This document shows positions 31,434 through 41,258 of a stretch of DNA of 64,000 bases, piece by piece (within the stretch, counting starts at the first letter, position 1; each line of letters starts with the position of its first letter). Below the pieces are notes generated by a model, which was given only the letters and a program-made list of their open reading frames with translations, was not told the origin of the DNA and made no database searches. Position numbers and translations under genes: made by a program. The stretch lies in assembly GCA_963666735.1 (NCBI GenBank), contig OY762926.1:672001-736000 (forward strand), given 5' to 3'. The DNA comes from Gemmatimonadota bacterium. Its GTDB lineage: Bacteria > Gemmatimonadota > Gemmatimonadetes > Palauibacterales > Palauibacteraceae.

Positions 31434-33820
31434 TCCCGAATCATCGTTCGCATATCGTCTGGTGGTTTCTGGGAGCGGCCGCGCTCGTCACGGTGCTCTT
31501 CTACCGCGATTTCATCTTCCACCCGGAGCGGCTCCTCTTCGGGTCGGACATGCTGTTCGAGGGGATCTCGCTGCGGCGGTTCTACGTGGACGAGGTTCTG
31601 GCGGGCCGCGGCGTGCCGCTCTGGGTTCCGCACGTCTACGGAGGCATGCCGTTCGTCGCGATCCTTCCGGGGCCCATCTTCTATCCGTCGACGATCCTCT
31701 ACTTCCTGTTGCCGCTGCACCGGGCCATCGGCTGGACCTTCGTTCTACACACATTTCTGAGCGGGGCGTTCGGCTACTTCCTCGGGCGTTCGTTCCGGCT
31801 CCGGCCGGCCTCCGCCGCAGTCTGCGGAGCCTCCTTCCTCCTGGCCGGCTACGTGACGTCCCACCTGTTCGGAGGACAGGATGGGCGGATGTTCACGATG
31901 ACGCTCATCCCGCTTGCGCTCGGCCTGCTCAACCGCGGGCTGGAGAGGAACGAGTTCCGGTGGTTCGCCGGCCTGGCGTTCGTCATCGCGGCGCAGACGT
32001 TTTCGGCACACGTACAGATGATGTACTTCTCCAGCCTCGCCCTGGCAGCCTTCCTCGTGTATCACGTGGCCTTCCGGCTCCCCCGGCCGGCGTCGGCCGA
32101 GGTGCCCCGGAGGGCCCACCTCCGCCCGCTCGCGTGGTTCGCGCTCGCGAACGTGGCCGCGGTCCTGGTCGCCGCGCCCCAGTTCTTCGCGACACTGACG
32201 GTCCTCGATGACGTCACGCGCGCGGCGGGGGAGCGGGGCTACGAATTCGCGGCCTCCTGGGCTTTGCCGCCACAGGAGCTCACGGCGTTTTTCCTGCCGG
32301 ATCTCGTCGGTTCGCTTCCGGGGTCCTATTGGGGACAGAACCCGATCAAGCTGCACACGGAATACCTCGGCGCCGTCCCGCTCGCGCTCGCGATTCTCGG
32401 CTTATCGGCGGGCTTCGGCCGCTCGCTGGATCGCGATCACAAGAAGGTCGTATGGTTTCTTGGCGGCGCCGGCCTGCTGGGCGTCCTGTTCGCGCTCGGA
32501 GCCGCGACGCCCGTGCATCGCATTGCGTATACGCTGCTGCCCATGATGTCGAGCCTGCGAGCTCCGTCGATGATGTTGGGTCCCGTGACCGTGTTCGTTG
32601 CCCTGCTCGCCGCCTTTGGATGGGAGGCGGCGCTGAACCGTCGTGCCGCCGCCGGTACGGCATCGGACGATGGGACCAGTCGGAATGCCGCCTCGCGTCG
32701 TTGGTCCTGGCCCGTGCTCCTGCTCGGGGGGCCGATTCTTGTGCTTGGCGCGGCGGCGGTGCTCAACCCACGGGGGCTGGCCAACTTCGCGTTGCTCTCG
32801 TGGTATCCCGAGGGTTGGCCGCGCCAGCCGTCGGCGGTCTCGATCGATGCGCTGCGTCTCAACGGCCTGTTTCTCCTTGCGGGTTTCGGTCTCGCGTGGG
32901 GCGCCGCCCGGGGAGTGGCGCGCCACAAGTTCGGCGTCTGGACGCTGGTTGTCGTGCTCGCGTTCGGGATCATGGACCTGTGGCGCGTGGACGCGCGCTA
33001 CCTGAGGGTGCAGGCCGCCGGCGCCACGCTCGCGACCGACCCCGTCATCGAAGCCCTGTACGAGAACGCGGAGCCGGGGCAGCGCGTGTGGGCGCCGAAT
33101 CTGCCCGGCCGTGCACCCAACTACCGCCCGAACCAGCTTGCCTACTACGGCGTGTCATCCGCGGGCGGACTTCAAAAGTTTATCCTGCGCCCGTACGCGA
33201 GACTCGTCGGCGGAATCACGCCGGACGAGGGGCTGCTCCGGCATCCGGTCGTTCGTCAGTTGCTGAACGTCCACCATCTTATTACGCCCGGCGTGCAGGA
33301 GGGTGTCGAATCGATGGCGGAGGCGGACGGGCGCCATCTCTACGAACTGTCTGCGGAGCTTCCGTACGCCTACTTCCCGGTCGGTATCGAGATGGTTGAT
33401 GATACCGTCGCCGCCGTTGCGCGCACGCTCGAGGTGTCGGATCCCGCGCGGTTGACGATCGTCGAAGCCCGGGCAGACGGCGAAGCTCCGGCGGCGGGGC
33501 AGGGGAGGGCGTCGCTCGTTCAGCACGAGCCCGATCGCGTGGTGCTGGAGGTCGCGGCGGACCGCGGGGGCCTGCTCGCGGTGAGCGAAATCCATCACCG
33601 GCGTTGGAAGGCCTTTCTCGATGGGGAAGAGGCAGGGGTGTGGCGGGTGAATACGGCGTTCCGCGGCGTTGAAGTGCCCGCCGGGAGGCATGAACTCGTC
33701 TTCGAGTACCGGAGCCCTCCGTTCAGCCTCGGTGTCTGGGTCAGTCTCCTGACGATCGCGGGTCTCCTGGTGAGCATCCTGATCTCCTGGCGGCGTCGGC
33801 CCCGAGGATCGGAAGCGTGA
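31430..33820 (+). CDS. YfhO-family GT-C membrane protein
   Basis: PLW.P..YGGMPF, FYP, YLGAVPL; C-terminal WKAFLDG..VNTAFRGVEVPAGRHELVFEY. Confidence 0.85.
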   Translation: MIPNHRSHIVWWFLGAAALVTVLFYRDFIFHPERLLFGSDMLFEGISLRRFYVDEVLAGRGVPLWVPHVYGGMPFVAILPGPIFYPSTILYFLLPLHRAIGWTFVLHTFLSGAFGYFLGRSFRLRPASAAVCGASFLLAGYVTSHLFGGQDGRMFTMTLIPLALGLLNRGLERNEFRWFAGLAFVIAAQTFSAHVQMMYFSSLALAAFLVYHVAFRLPRPASAEVPRRAHLRPLAWFALANVAAVLVAAPQFFATLTVLDDVTRAAGERGYEFAASWALPPQELTAFFLPDLVGSLPGSYWGQNPIKLHTEYLGAVPLALAILGLSAGFGRSLDRDHKKVVWFLGGAGLLGVLFALGAATPVHRIAYTLLPMMSSLRAPSMMLGPVTVFVALLAAFGWEAALNRRAAAGTASDDGTSRNAASRRWSWPVLLLGGPILVLGAAAVLNPRGLANFALLSWYPEGWPRQPSAVSIDALRLNGLFLLAGFGLAWGAARGVARHKFGVWTLVVVLAFGIMDLWRVDARYLRVQAAGATLATDPVIEALYENAEPGQRVWAPNLPGRAPNYRPNQLAYYGVSSAGGLQKFILRPYARLVGGITPDEGLLRHPVVRQLLNVHHLITPGVQEGVESMAEADGRHLYELSAELPYAYFPVGIEMVDDTVAAVARTLEVSDPARLTIVEARADGEAPAAGQGRASLVQHEPDRVVLEVAADRGGLLAVSEIHHRRWKAFLDGEEAGVWRVNTAFRGVEVPAGRHELVFEYRSPPFSLGVWVSLLTIAGLLVSILISWRRRPRGSEA

Positions 33821-34818
33821 CCGCGGGCCGCGCCGGCGCCACGCCGGGGCGCCGGTGGGTCGCGTTTGGAACCGCCGTCTTTCTCCTCGCCGCCCTGGCC
33901 GCGGTCGGCTTGGCGTTTTCCGGCAGTTGGGCCGCGTGGGGGGACCTCGAGGCATCGGGCATGTCCCGCTGGCGAGTGCGGCCTCTTTGGCTGGCCGCTG
34001 CGGTCGGTTGCGAAGTGGCGGCCCTCTGCGCGAGCGGTATGATCTGGGCCTGGCTGTTCCGGAGGGCGGGCGGCAGGGCGGGGGTTCCGGAAGCGGCCGC
34101 GGCGTGGCTCGGTTCCAATCTCGGCCGTTATCTGCCGGGAAAGATCTGGCAGGTCACCGGGTTGGTGGCCTACGTCCGGGGCCGGGGGGATTCCGGCGCG
34201 ACGGCCTTCACCACGCTCATCGCCTTCCAGGCCGCCGTTGTAGCTACGGGTGTCTCCCTGGCCCTCGCAGTGCTCGGCGCCGGCGCGTTCGAGGGAGTAG
34301 GCAGGTGGCCGCTGGTCGCGGGCGGCCTGGCCCTCGCCGCCGCGCTTACGCCGCCCGTCCTGCGCTTCGTCATGCGAATGGGGCGTCGCCTGCTGCGCGA
34401 GACAACAGCGCACGGCGATGCCGAGCTGGACGGGGGACTCCTGTGCCGCGCGGTGCTGGGAAGCCTGTTGATCTGGCTCCTCCACGGGCTCGGTTTCCTG
34501 GCGTTGCTCGAAGGGTTGGTGCTCGAAAACACGATCGGTTTCGCGATGGCCCTGGGCGTCTTTTCGGGATCCTACGTGGTGGGCTACGCGGCTCTGGTGG
34601 CACCCGGAGGGCTGGTCGTGCGTGAGGGCGCGATCATCGGCCTGCTGACCGCGATGACCGCGATTCCGGCCGGACCTGCGGCCGCGCTCGCGTTGGCGGC
34701 CCGCCTCTGGACGACGGCCGCGGAGTTGACCTCCTTCGGCCTGGCCGTGGCCTTCCGGCGATCCGCGGGGGCACAACAGGATGATTCGCGGATGCGGGAT
34801 TCGCCCGGGAGTCGATAA
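33817..34818 (+). CDS. Lysylphosphatidylglycerol-synthase-TM / flippase-like membrane protein
   Basis: NLGRYLPGKIW, APGGLVVREG, ARLWTT. Confidence 0.8.
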   Translation: MTAGRAGATPGRRWVAFGTAVFLLAALAAVGLAFSGSWAAWGDLEASGMSRWRVRPLWLAAAVGCEVAALCASGMIWAWLFRRAGGRAGVPEAAAAWLGSNLGRYLPGKIWQVTGLVAYVRGRGDSGATAFTTLIAFQAAVVATGVSLALAVLGAGAFEGVGRWPLVAGGLALAAALTPPVLRFVMRMGRRLLRETTAHGDAELDGGLLCRAVLGSLLIWLLHGLGFLALLEGLVLENTIGFAMALGVFSGSYVVGYAALVAPGGLVVREGAIIGLLTAMTAIPAGPAAALALAARLWTTAAELTSFGLAVAFRRSAGAQQDDSRMRDSPGSR

Positions 34819-34830
34819 GTTGTCGGCCTA

Positions 34831-35622
34831 ATGAGCCCCGACAGATCCGCTGCCTCGCCCCCGGATTCCGACCGGGATCGCATCTCCGCTTCCGCTGCCA
34901 CAGGCAGCGGGCGCGGGCTCGTCATCCTTCCCACGTACAACGAGATCGATTCGATCGCCGGGATCGTAGAGCGCGTGCTGGCGCGGGACGGCCGGCTCTC
35001 GGTCCTCGTCGTCGACGACGCATCTCCCGATGGCACGGGCGCCCTCGTTGACTCGCTTGCCGCCGCGGAACCGCGCGTGAACGTTCTGCACAGGGAAGGG
35101 AAGTCGGGGCTCGGGACCGCCTACATCGCGGGTTTCCGCTGGGCGCTCGAGCGGGATTTTGAGTGGATCTTCGAGATGGACGCCGATGGATCGCACGACG
35201 CGCGGTATCTTTCCGACATGATCGCGGCGACCGCCCGCTTCGATGTCGTCGTCGGATCTCGTTATACTGCGGGGGTGAACGTCATCAACTGGCCGATGTC
35301 GCGTCTGCTCCTCAGCTACTACGCGAACAAGTACGCGCGCATCGCCACGGGACTGCGCCTCGCCGACTCCACGAGCGGCTTCAAGTGCTTCGCGCGCCGC
35401 GTGCTGGAGACGATCGACCTCGACCGCGTGGGGTCGACCGGGTACACGTTCCAGATTGAAATGAACTTCCGCGCCTGGAAGAAAGGGTTCCGCGTAGGGG
35501 AAGTGCCCATCGTGTTCACCGACCGCCGCCTCGGACAGAGCAAGATGTCGGGGGCGATCGTGCGTGAGGCGGTGTGGCGGGTGTGGGCGCTGCGCCTGCG
35601 GTCCCTCATCGGGAGGCTGTGA
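34831..35622 (+). CDS. Polyprenol monophosphomannose synthase (DPM1-like GT2)
   Basis: ILPTYNE, VVDDASPDGTG, GLGTAY..GF, EMDADGSH, DSTSGFKCF, GY.FQIEM, F.DRR.G.SKMS. Confidence 0.92.
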   Translation: MSPDRSAASPPDSDRDRISASAATGSGRGLVILPTYNEIDSIAGIVERVLARDGRLSVLVVDDASPDGTGALVDSLAAAEPRVNVLHREGKSGLGTAYIAGFRWALERDFEWIFEMDADGSHDARYLSDMIAATARFDVVVGSRYTAGVNVINWPMSRLLLSYYANKYARIATGLRLADSTSGFKCFARRVLETIDLDRVGSTGYTFQIEMNFRAWKKGFRVGEVPIVFTDRRLGQSKMSGAIVREAVWRVWALRLRSLIGRL

Positions 35623-36527
35623 TGGCCAAGAACCGGACGATGTCGTACGTCCCATCCCGGCGGGAGCCCGAGCGTCCGGCGATCGACTACGAGAATCATC
35701 CGGTCTTCTCGACGCGGCCGCGGTGGAGGTGCGAGGCCCACCGCATCATCTTCGGCAACCTGACCCGGGCCGGCCGGCTGTTCGACCTCATCCTCATCGG
35801 CGCCATCCTCGCCAGCGTCGTCGTCGTGATGCTGGAGAGCGTGCAGGACTTCGATGTGCGCGCGCGAGGCCTGCTGTGGACGCTCGAATGGGTGTTCACC
35901 GTGCTGTTCACGATCGAGTATGCGTTCCGCCTCATCTCCGCGGAGCGCTCCGGCGGATACGCTCGTTCGTTCTTCGGGATCGTCGACCTGCTGGCCGTCC
36001 TGCCCAACTTCGTGGGGTTGCTGATCCCCGGAGGGCAGGCGCTCGCCGTCATCCGCGTGCTGCGGGTGCTGCGGGTGTTCAGGGTTCTGAAGCTCGCCCA
36101 GTTCGTGGGCGGAGAACGGCTCCTGATCAGCGCCCTGCGTTCGAGCGCCTACAAGATCGCCGTCTTCATCGTCGCGGTGCTCGTCGTGGTGACGGTCGTG
36201 GGCGCGGCGATGTACGTGATCGAGGGAGCGGCGGCGGGCTTCAGCAGCATCCCCCGCGGCGTCTACTGGGCCATCGTGACCGTGACGACGGTGGGTTTCG
36301 GCGACATCACGCCCCAGACCCCGGCGGGGCAGATGCTCGCGGCGCTTCTCATGATCCTGGGGTACGGCGTGATCGCCGTCCCGACGGGCATCGTGACGGC
36401 CGAGATCACGGGTCGTGGAGCGGACCTGCGCGCCGCCATGGAGCGGATGTGCCTGCGCTGCGCCTCGCCGGGCCATGACGAGGATGCCAGCCACTGCAAG
36501 CACTGCGGTACCGAACTTCTTGAATGA
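35622..36527 (+). CDS. Voltage-gated K+ channel-like ion transporter with C-terminal Zn ribbon
   Basis: S4-like RVLRVLRVFRVLK; selectivity filter TTVGFGD; CLRC..CKHCG. Confidence 0.92.
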   Translation: MAKNRTMSYVPSRREPERPAIDYENHPVFSTRPRWRCEAHRIIFGNLTRAGRLFDLILIGAILASVVVVMLESVQDFDVRARGLLWTLEWVFTVLFTIEYAFRLISAERSGGYARSFFGIVDLLAVLPNFVGLLIPGGQALAVIRVLRVLRVFRVLKLAQFVGGERLLISALRSSAYKIAVFIVAVLVVVTVVGAAMYVIEGAAAGFSSIPRGVYWAIVTVTTVGFGDITPQTPAGQMLAALLMILGYGVIAVPTGIVTAEITGRGADLRAAMERMCLRCASPGHDEDASHCKHCGTELLE

Positions 36528-36546
36528 CCCGGCAGGATTGAAGGGC

Positions 36547-38859
36547 ATGTCCTTCCTGCGCACGCGGCGTGGACCGCCGCGGCGTGCCGGCCGACTCGTG
36601 CGAGCTGTGTTCGGCGGCGGCGTGGCGGCCGTGAGTGCGGTCTCGGGGCTCGCGGCCCAGGCGGCAGGGGGCGGGGAGGTGGACGTCGAGGCGCTCCGCT
36701 CGCCCGTTCCCGTGGCCATCCCGCGCATCTCGGAGGAGATCGAACTCGACGGGGTCGTGGACGAGCCCATCTGGGACACCATCGAACCCCTCCCGCTGTT
36801 CAACCTCTCCCCTACCCACGGGAGCGAACTGACGGAACGGACCGAGCTTCGGCTCGCGCACGACGACCGGTATCTCTACGCCTCGGGGCGAATGTACGAC
36901 TCGAATCCGGGCGGGATCCGCGTAAACACCTTCTACCGGGACATCTACAGCGGGGACGACCTGCTGTCGTTCGTGGTCGACAGCTACAACGATTACGAGA
37001 CGGCGCTCTGGTTCGCCACCACGCCGGCGGGCGTCCGCCACGACCGCTCCATATCGAATGACGCCCAGTTCTCCGGCGACCTGCCTCCGTTCAACCAGGA
37101 CTGGAACGCCCACTGGGACGTGGTCACCACGCGGACCGGCGAGGGCTGGTTCGCCGAGTTCCGCATCCCGTTTTCGACGCTGGGCTTCCAGGCCGAGGGC
37201 GACGAAGTCACGATGGGGATCACCATCTATCGCTATATCGGCCGCAAGAACGAACGTCAGGTATATCCGGCCATCGCGCGGGAGTGGGGCCGGCTGGCGT
37301 TCATGAAACCGTCGCAGACCCAGCGCGTGACGCTGCGCGACGTGCGGCCCACGGCGCCGGTCTACCTGACCCCTTACATCCTCGGCGGCCTCAACCAGAC
37401 GCCGGTGCTTCGGGAACCCTCCGGGGCGGCGGCCTTCTGGGCCACGGACCGCGATCCGACGACGGAGCCCGGCATCGACCTCAAGTACTCGCCGTCCTCC
37501 AACCTGGCCATCGACCTCACGGTGAACACCGACTTCGCCCAGGTCGAGGCGGACGACCAGCAGATCAACCTCACGCGCTTCTCCCTTTTCTTTCCCGAGA
37601 AGCGGCAGTTTTTCCAGGAGCGTTCCTCGACGTTCGACTTCGGGACGGGCGGGTTCACGGATCGCGTGTTCTTCAGTCGGAGGGTCGGACTCGAGAGGGG
37701 GGAACTCGTCCGGATCTACGGGGGCGCGAGACTCGTGGGCCGCGTCGGAGGCCTCGACTACGGCGTCCTGAACATGCAGACAGCTCCCGCCGGTGGCCGC
37801 TCGGGGGAGAATGTGGGCGTGATGCGGCTCAAGCAGCAGATCCTCAACCCGTATTCCTACGTGGGCGGCATCGTCGCGACGCGCCTCGGGGCGAACGGCC
37901 AGGACAACGTCGCTTACGGTCTGGATACCCAGGTGCGCCCGTTCGGCAACGAGTACTTCACCCTGACGTGGGCCCAGACCTTCGACGAGGAGGTGCGTGA
38001 ACGGAACGTTCTCGACCAGGCGCTCTTCCGCGCCCGCTGGGAACGGCGAACGGATCGCGGGCTGTGGTACAACCTCTACTATCGCCGGGTGGGGCCCGAC
38101 TACACGCCGCGCCTCGGGTTCCAGCTACGGAGCGATTTCACGCTCTTCGGGGGGCAGCTCGCCCACACGTGGCTCCAGGGCCCGAGCGCGTCGCTCAACA
38201 CGATCACCCCCTCGGTGACGACCGAGAGCTACTACCGCAACGCCGGTCTCACGCCCGAGTCGCGCTCGATCCGCCCCGAGGTTGAGTTTTCCTTCAAGTC
38301 GGGTTCGACGATCACCCCGTACTCGAACACGCAGTTCGAGGACATACGGATCCCGTTCGACATCGGGGAGCTGTCGATCCCGCCGGGCGAATACCGGTTC
38401 ACGGAAGCGGGCATCGATTGGATGCTGCCGCGCACCGCGATCTTCCGGGGCGACATTCGGACGACCGTGGGACGCTTCTACGACGGGCGCCGCGTCGGCC
38501 TGATCTTCAACCCGACCTGGAGCGCATCCCGCTACCTGGAGATCGGAGGCGGCTACGAGGTGAACCGGATCGAGTTCCCCGGCCGCGGCGAGACGGCGAC
38601 GACCCACCTCGGCCGGGTGAAGCTCTCCTTCGCCCTGAACCGCAGCCTCTCCCTCAGTACCTTCGCGCAGTACAACAACCTCGACGAACGGACCAGCATC
38701 AACGCGCGCTTCCGCTACCACTTCCGGGAGGGCACGGACCTCTGGGTCGTCTATAATGAAGGGGTGAACTTCGAGCGCGACCGGGGCTTCGATCCGAGGC
38801 TGCCCTGGTCGGCGGGACGGACCATCATGGTCAAGTACTCCCACACATTCAGCTGGTAG
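36547..38859 (+). CDS. CBM9-like/DUF5916 outer-membrane protein, paralogue 1
   Basis: LDGVVDEP.W, W.AEFRIPFSTL, NTDFAQVEADD, NLTRFSLFFPEKRQFFQE; C-terminal W. Confidence 0.85.
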   Translation: MSFLRTRRGPPRRAGRLVRAVFGGGVAAVSAVSGLAAQAAGGGEVDVEALRSPVPVAIPRISEEIELDGVVDEPIWDTIEPLPLFNLSPTHGSELTERTELRLAHDDRYLYASGRMYDSNPGGIRVNTFYRDIYSGDDLLSFVVDSYNDYETALWFATTPAGVRHDRSISNDAQFSGDLPPFNQDWNAHWDVVTTRTGEGWFAEFRIPFSTLGFQAEGDEVTMGITIYRYIGRKNERQVYPAIAREWGRLAFMKPSQTQRVTLRDVRPTAPVYLTPYILGGLNQTPVLREPSGAAAFWATDRDPTTEPGIDLKYSPSSNLAIDLTVNTDFAQVEADDQQINLTRFSLFFPEKRQFFQERSSTFDFGTGGFTDRVFFSRRVGLERGELVRIYGGARLVGRVGGLDYGVLNMQTAPAGGRSGENVGVMRLKQQILNPYSYVGGIVATRLGANGQDNVAYGLDTQVRPFGNEYFTLTWAQTFDEEVRERNVLDQALFRARWERRTDRGLWYNLYYRRVGPDYTPRLGFQLRSDFTLFGGQLAHTWLQGPSASLNTITPSVTTESYYRNAGLTPESRSIRPEVEFSFKSGSTITPYSNTQFEDIRIPFDIGELSIPPGEYRFTEAGIDWMLPRTAIFRGDIRTTVGRFYDGRRVGLIFNPTWSASRYLEIGGGYEVNRIEFPGRGETATTHLGRVKLSFALNRSLSLSTFAQYNNLDERTSINARFRYHFREGTDLWVVYNEGVNFERDRGFDPRLPWSAGRTIMVKYSHTFSW

Positions 38860-38960
38860 GAGGGGGCGGGCGCCCTCCGCTGCCCGGATTGAACTCTCGA
38901 GCTCGGCGGAGTGTTCTCTTGGCGAGCAAACCTCCCGGTTTCACTCCCGACCCTGGATGC

Positions 38961-41258
38961 ATGCCGTTGACCCACATCGGCCGTCGATGTCAGCGACTCG
39001 CGGCTCCGTGCGCGTGGATCGTGCCGGTCTTTCTGCTCGCGGCTCCCGGGCTCTCCGCACAGGCTGGAGGCTCGGAAACCGACAGTGCGGCGCGCCGGTC
39101 GTCCGTGCCGGTGCCGATCCCCAGGTTCACGGGCGAGATCGACGTCGACGGCGTGGTGGACGAGCCGGCATGGGACGCGATCGAGCCGCTGCCGATGTTC
39201 ATGTGGGCTCCCACCCACGGCGGGGCGATGACGGAGCGGACCGAGGTCCGGCTCGCGCACGACGACGAGTTCCTCTACCTGTCCGGGCGGATGTACGACT
39301 CGAATCCGGAAGGGATCCGCTCGAACACCTTCCTGCGGGACGCGTTCAGCGGCGACGATCTCCTCTCGGTCGTGATCGACAGCTACAACGACTACGAGAC
39401 CGGGGTCTGGCTCGGGACCACGCCCGCCGGCATCCGCCAGGATCGCTCCCTTTCCAACGACGGCGATTTCACGGGCGACGTGATGCCGTTCAACGTCGAC
39501 TGGAACGCCCACTGGCACGTCCTCACCTCTCGGAACGAGGAGGGGTGGTCCGCCGAATACCGGATTCCGTTCTCCACGCTGGGATTCCAGGCGGAAGGGG
39601 ACGAAGTGACGATGGGGATCATCGTCTACCGCTTCATCGCCCGGAAGAACGAGCGCCACGTCTTCCCGTTCATCGGCCGCGAATGGGGGCAGGGGGGGTT
39701 CCTCAAGCCGTCGCAGGGCCAGCGGATGACCCTTCGGGAGGTCCGGCCCGCGACACCGGTGTACGTGACCCCTTACGCGCTCGCCGGACTCAGCCGGACG
39801 CCGGTCCTCAGGGAGCCGTCCGGCGCCGCTTCCTTCTGGGGGACCGCGCAGGACCAGGTGACGGAGCCCGGCATCGACCTCAAGTACTCCCCTTCGTCGA
39901 ACCTGGCCATCGATCTCACCGTCAACACCGATTTCGCCCAGGTGGAGGCGGACGACCAGCAGGTGAACCTGACCCGCTTCTCTCTCTTCTTCCCCGAGAA
40001 ACGCCAGTTCTTCCAGGAGCGCTCATCGACCTTCGACTTCGGGACGGGAGGCTTCACCGACCGCGTGTTCTTCAGCCGGCGGATCGGTCTCGAACGGGGA
40101 GAAATCGTCCGCATCTACGGGGGCGCGAGGCTGGTGGGCCGGCTCGGGGGCCTGGACTTCGGGCTCCTCAACATGCAGACGGCCCCCGCCGCCGGCCGGC
40201 CGGGCGAGAACATGGGCGTCATGCGCCTCAAGCAGCAGGTGCTCAATCCGTATTCGTTCGTCGGGGGGATCCTCGCGACGCGCTACGGTTCCAACGGCGA
40301 GGACAACGTCGCCTACGGGCTGGACACGCAGGTGCGTCCCTTCGGAGATGAGTACCTCACGCTGACGTGGGCGCAGACCCGGGACGAGGTGGTCCGGGAG
40401 CGCAACGCGCTCGACGCGAGTCTCATCCGTGCCCGCTGGGAGCGGCGGACGGACCGCGGCATGTGGTACAACCTCTACTACCGCCGCGTGGGTCCGGATT
40501 ACGTGCCGCGCCTCGGCTTCCAGCTGCGGAGGGACTTCACGCTGTACGGCGGCCAGCTCGCGCATACCTGGCTCGGGGGCCCGAGCGCCACGGTGAACGC
40601 CGTCACTCTCCTGGTGATGGGCGAAAACTATCACCGCAACACGGACCTCACGGTGGAGTCCCGCTCGATCCGCCCATCGGTGTCGTTCGATTTCAAGTCG
40701 ACCGCGAACATCACGGCCTATGCGAACGCGCAGTTCGAGGACATCGAGGTCCCGTTCCGAATCGGGGAGGTGTCGATCCCGCCCGGCGGGTACGACTTCA
40801 CCGAGGCCGGGATCGACTGGATGCTGCCGCGGAGCACAATCTTCCGGGGCGGTATCAGGACGACGGTCGGGAGCTTCTATGACGGGCGGCGCGTGGGCCT
40901 CATCTTCAACCCCACCTGGACCGTGTCCCGTTACCTTGAGGTCGTGGGCGGCTACGAGGTGAACCGGATCGAGTTCCCCGGCCGGGGCGAGGCTGCGACG
41001 ACCCAACTCGGCCGGCTGCGGCTCAACTTCGCGTTCAACACGCACCTTTCGTTCAGCACTTTCGCGCAGTACAACAACCTCGACAACCGGACGAGCATCA
41101 ATGCGCGCTTCCGTTATCACTTCAGGGAGGGCACGGATCTCTGGATTGTGTATAATGAGGGGTTGAATTTCGAACGGGACCGGGGGTTCGATCCGAGGCT
41201 GCCGTGGTCCGCGGGACGAAACATCATGATCAAGTACTCCCACACCTTCATCTGGTGA
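38961..41258 (+). CDS. CBM9-like/DUF5916 outer-membrane protein, paralogue 2
   Basis: Same motifs as paralogue 1; signal peptide LLAAPGLSA-Q; C-terminal W. Confidence 0.85.
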   Translation: MPLTHIGRRCQRLAAPCAWIVPVFLLAAPGLSAQAGGSETDSAARRSSVPVPIPRFTGEIDVDGVVDEPAWDAIEPLPMFMWAPTHGGAMTERTEVRLAHDDEFLYLSGRMYDSNPEGIRSNTFLRDAFSGDDLLSVVIDSYNDYETGVWLGTTPAGIRQDRSLSNDGDFTGDVMPFNVDWNAHWHVLTSRNEEGWSAEYRIPFSTLGFQAEGDEVTMGIIVYRFIARKNERHVFPFIGREWGQGGFLKPSQGQRMTLREVRPATPVYVTPYALAGLSRTPVLREPSGAASFWGTAQDQVTEPGIDLKYSPSSNLAIDLTVNTDFAQVEADDQQVNLTRFSLFFPEKRQFFQERSSTFDFGTGGFTDRVFFSRRIGLERGEIVRIYGGARLVGRLGGLDFGLLNMQTAPAAGRPGENMGVMRLKQQVLNPYSFVGGILATRYGSNGEDNVAYGLDTQVRPFGDEYLTLTWAQTRDEVVRERNALDASLIRARWERRTDRGMWYNLYYRRVGPDYVPRLGFQLRRDFTLYGGQLAHTWLGGPSATVNAVTLLVMGENYHRNTDLTVESRSIRPSVSFDFKSTANITAYANAQFEDIEVPFRIGEVSIPPGGYDFTEAGIDWMLPRSTIFRGGIRTTVGSFYDGRRVGLIFNPTWTVSRYLEVVGGYEVNRIEFPGRGEAATTQLGRLRLNFAFNTHLSFSTFAQYNNLDNRTSINARFRYHFREGTDLWIVYNEGLNFERDRGFDPRLPWSAGRNIMIKYSHTFIW

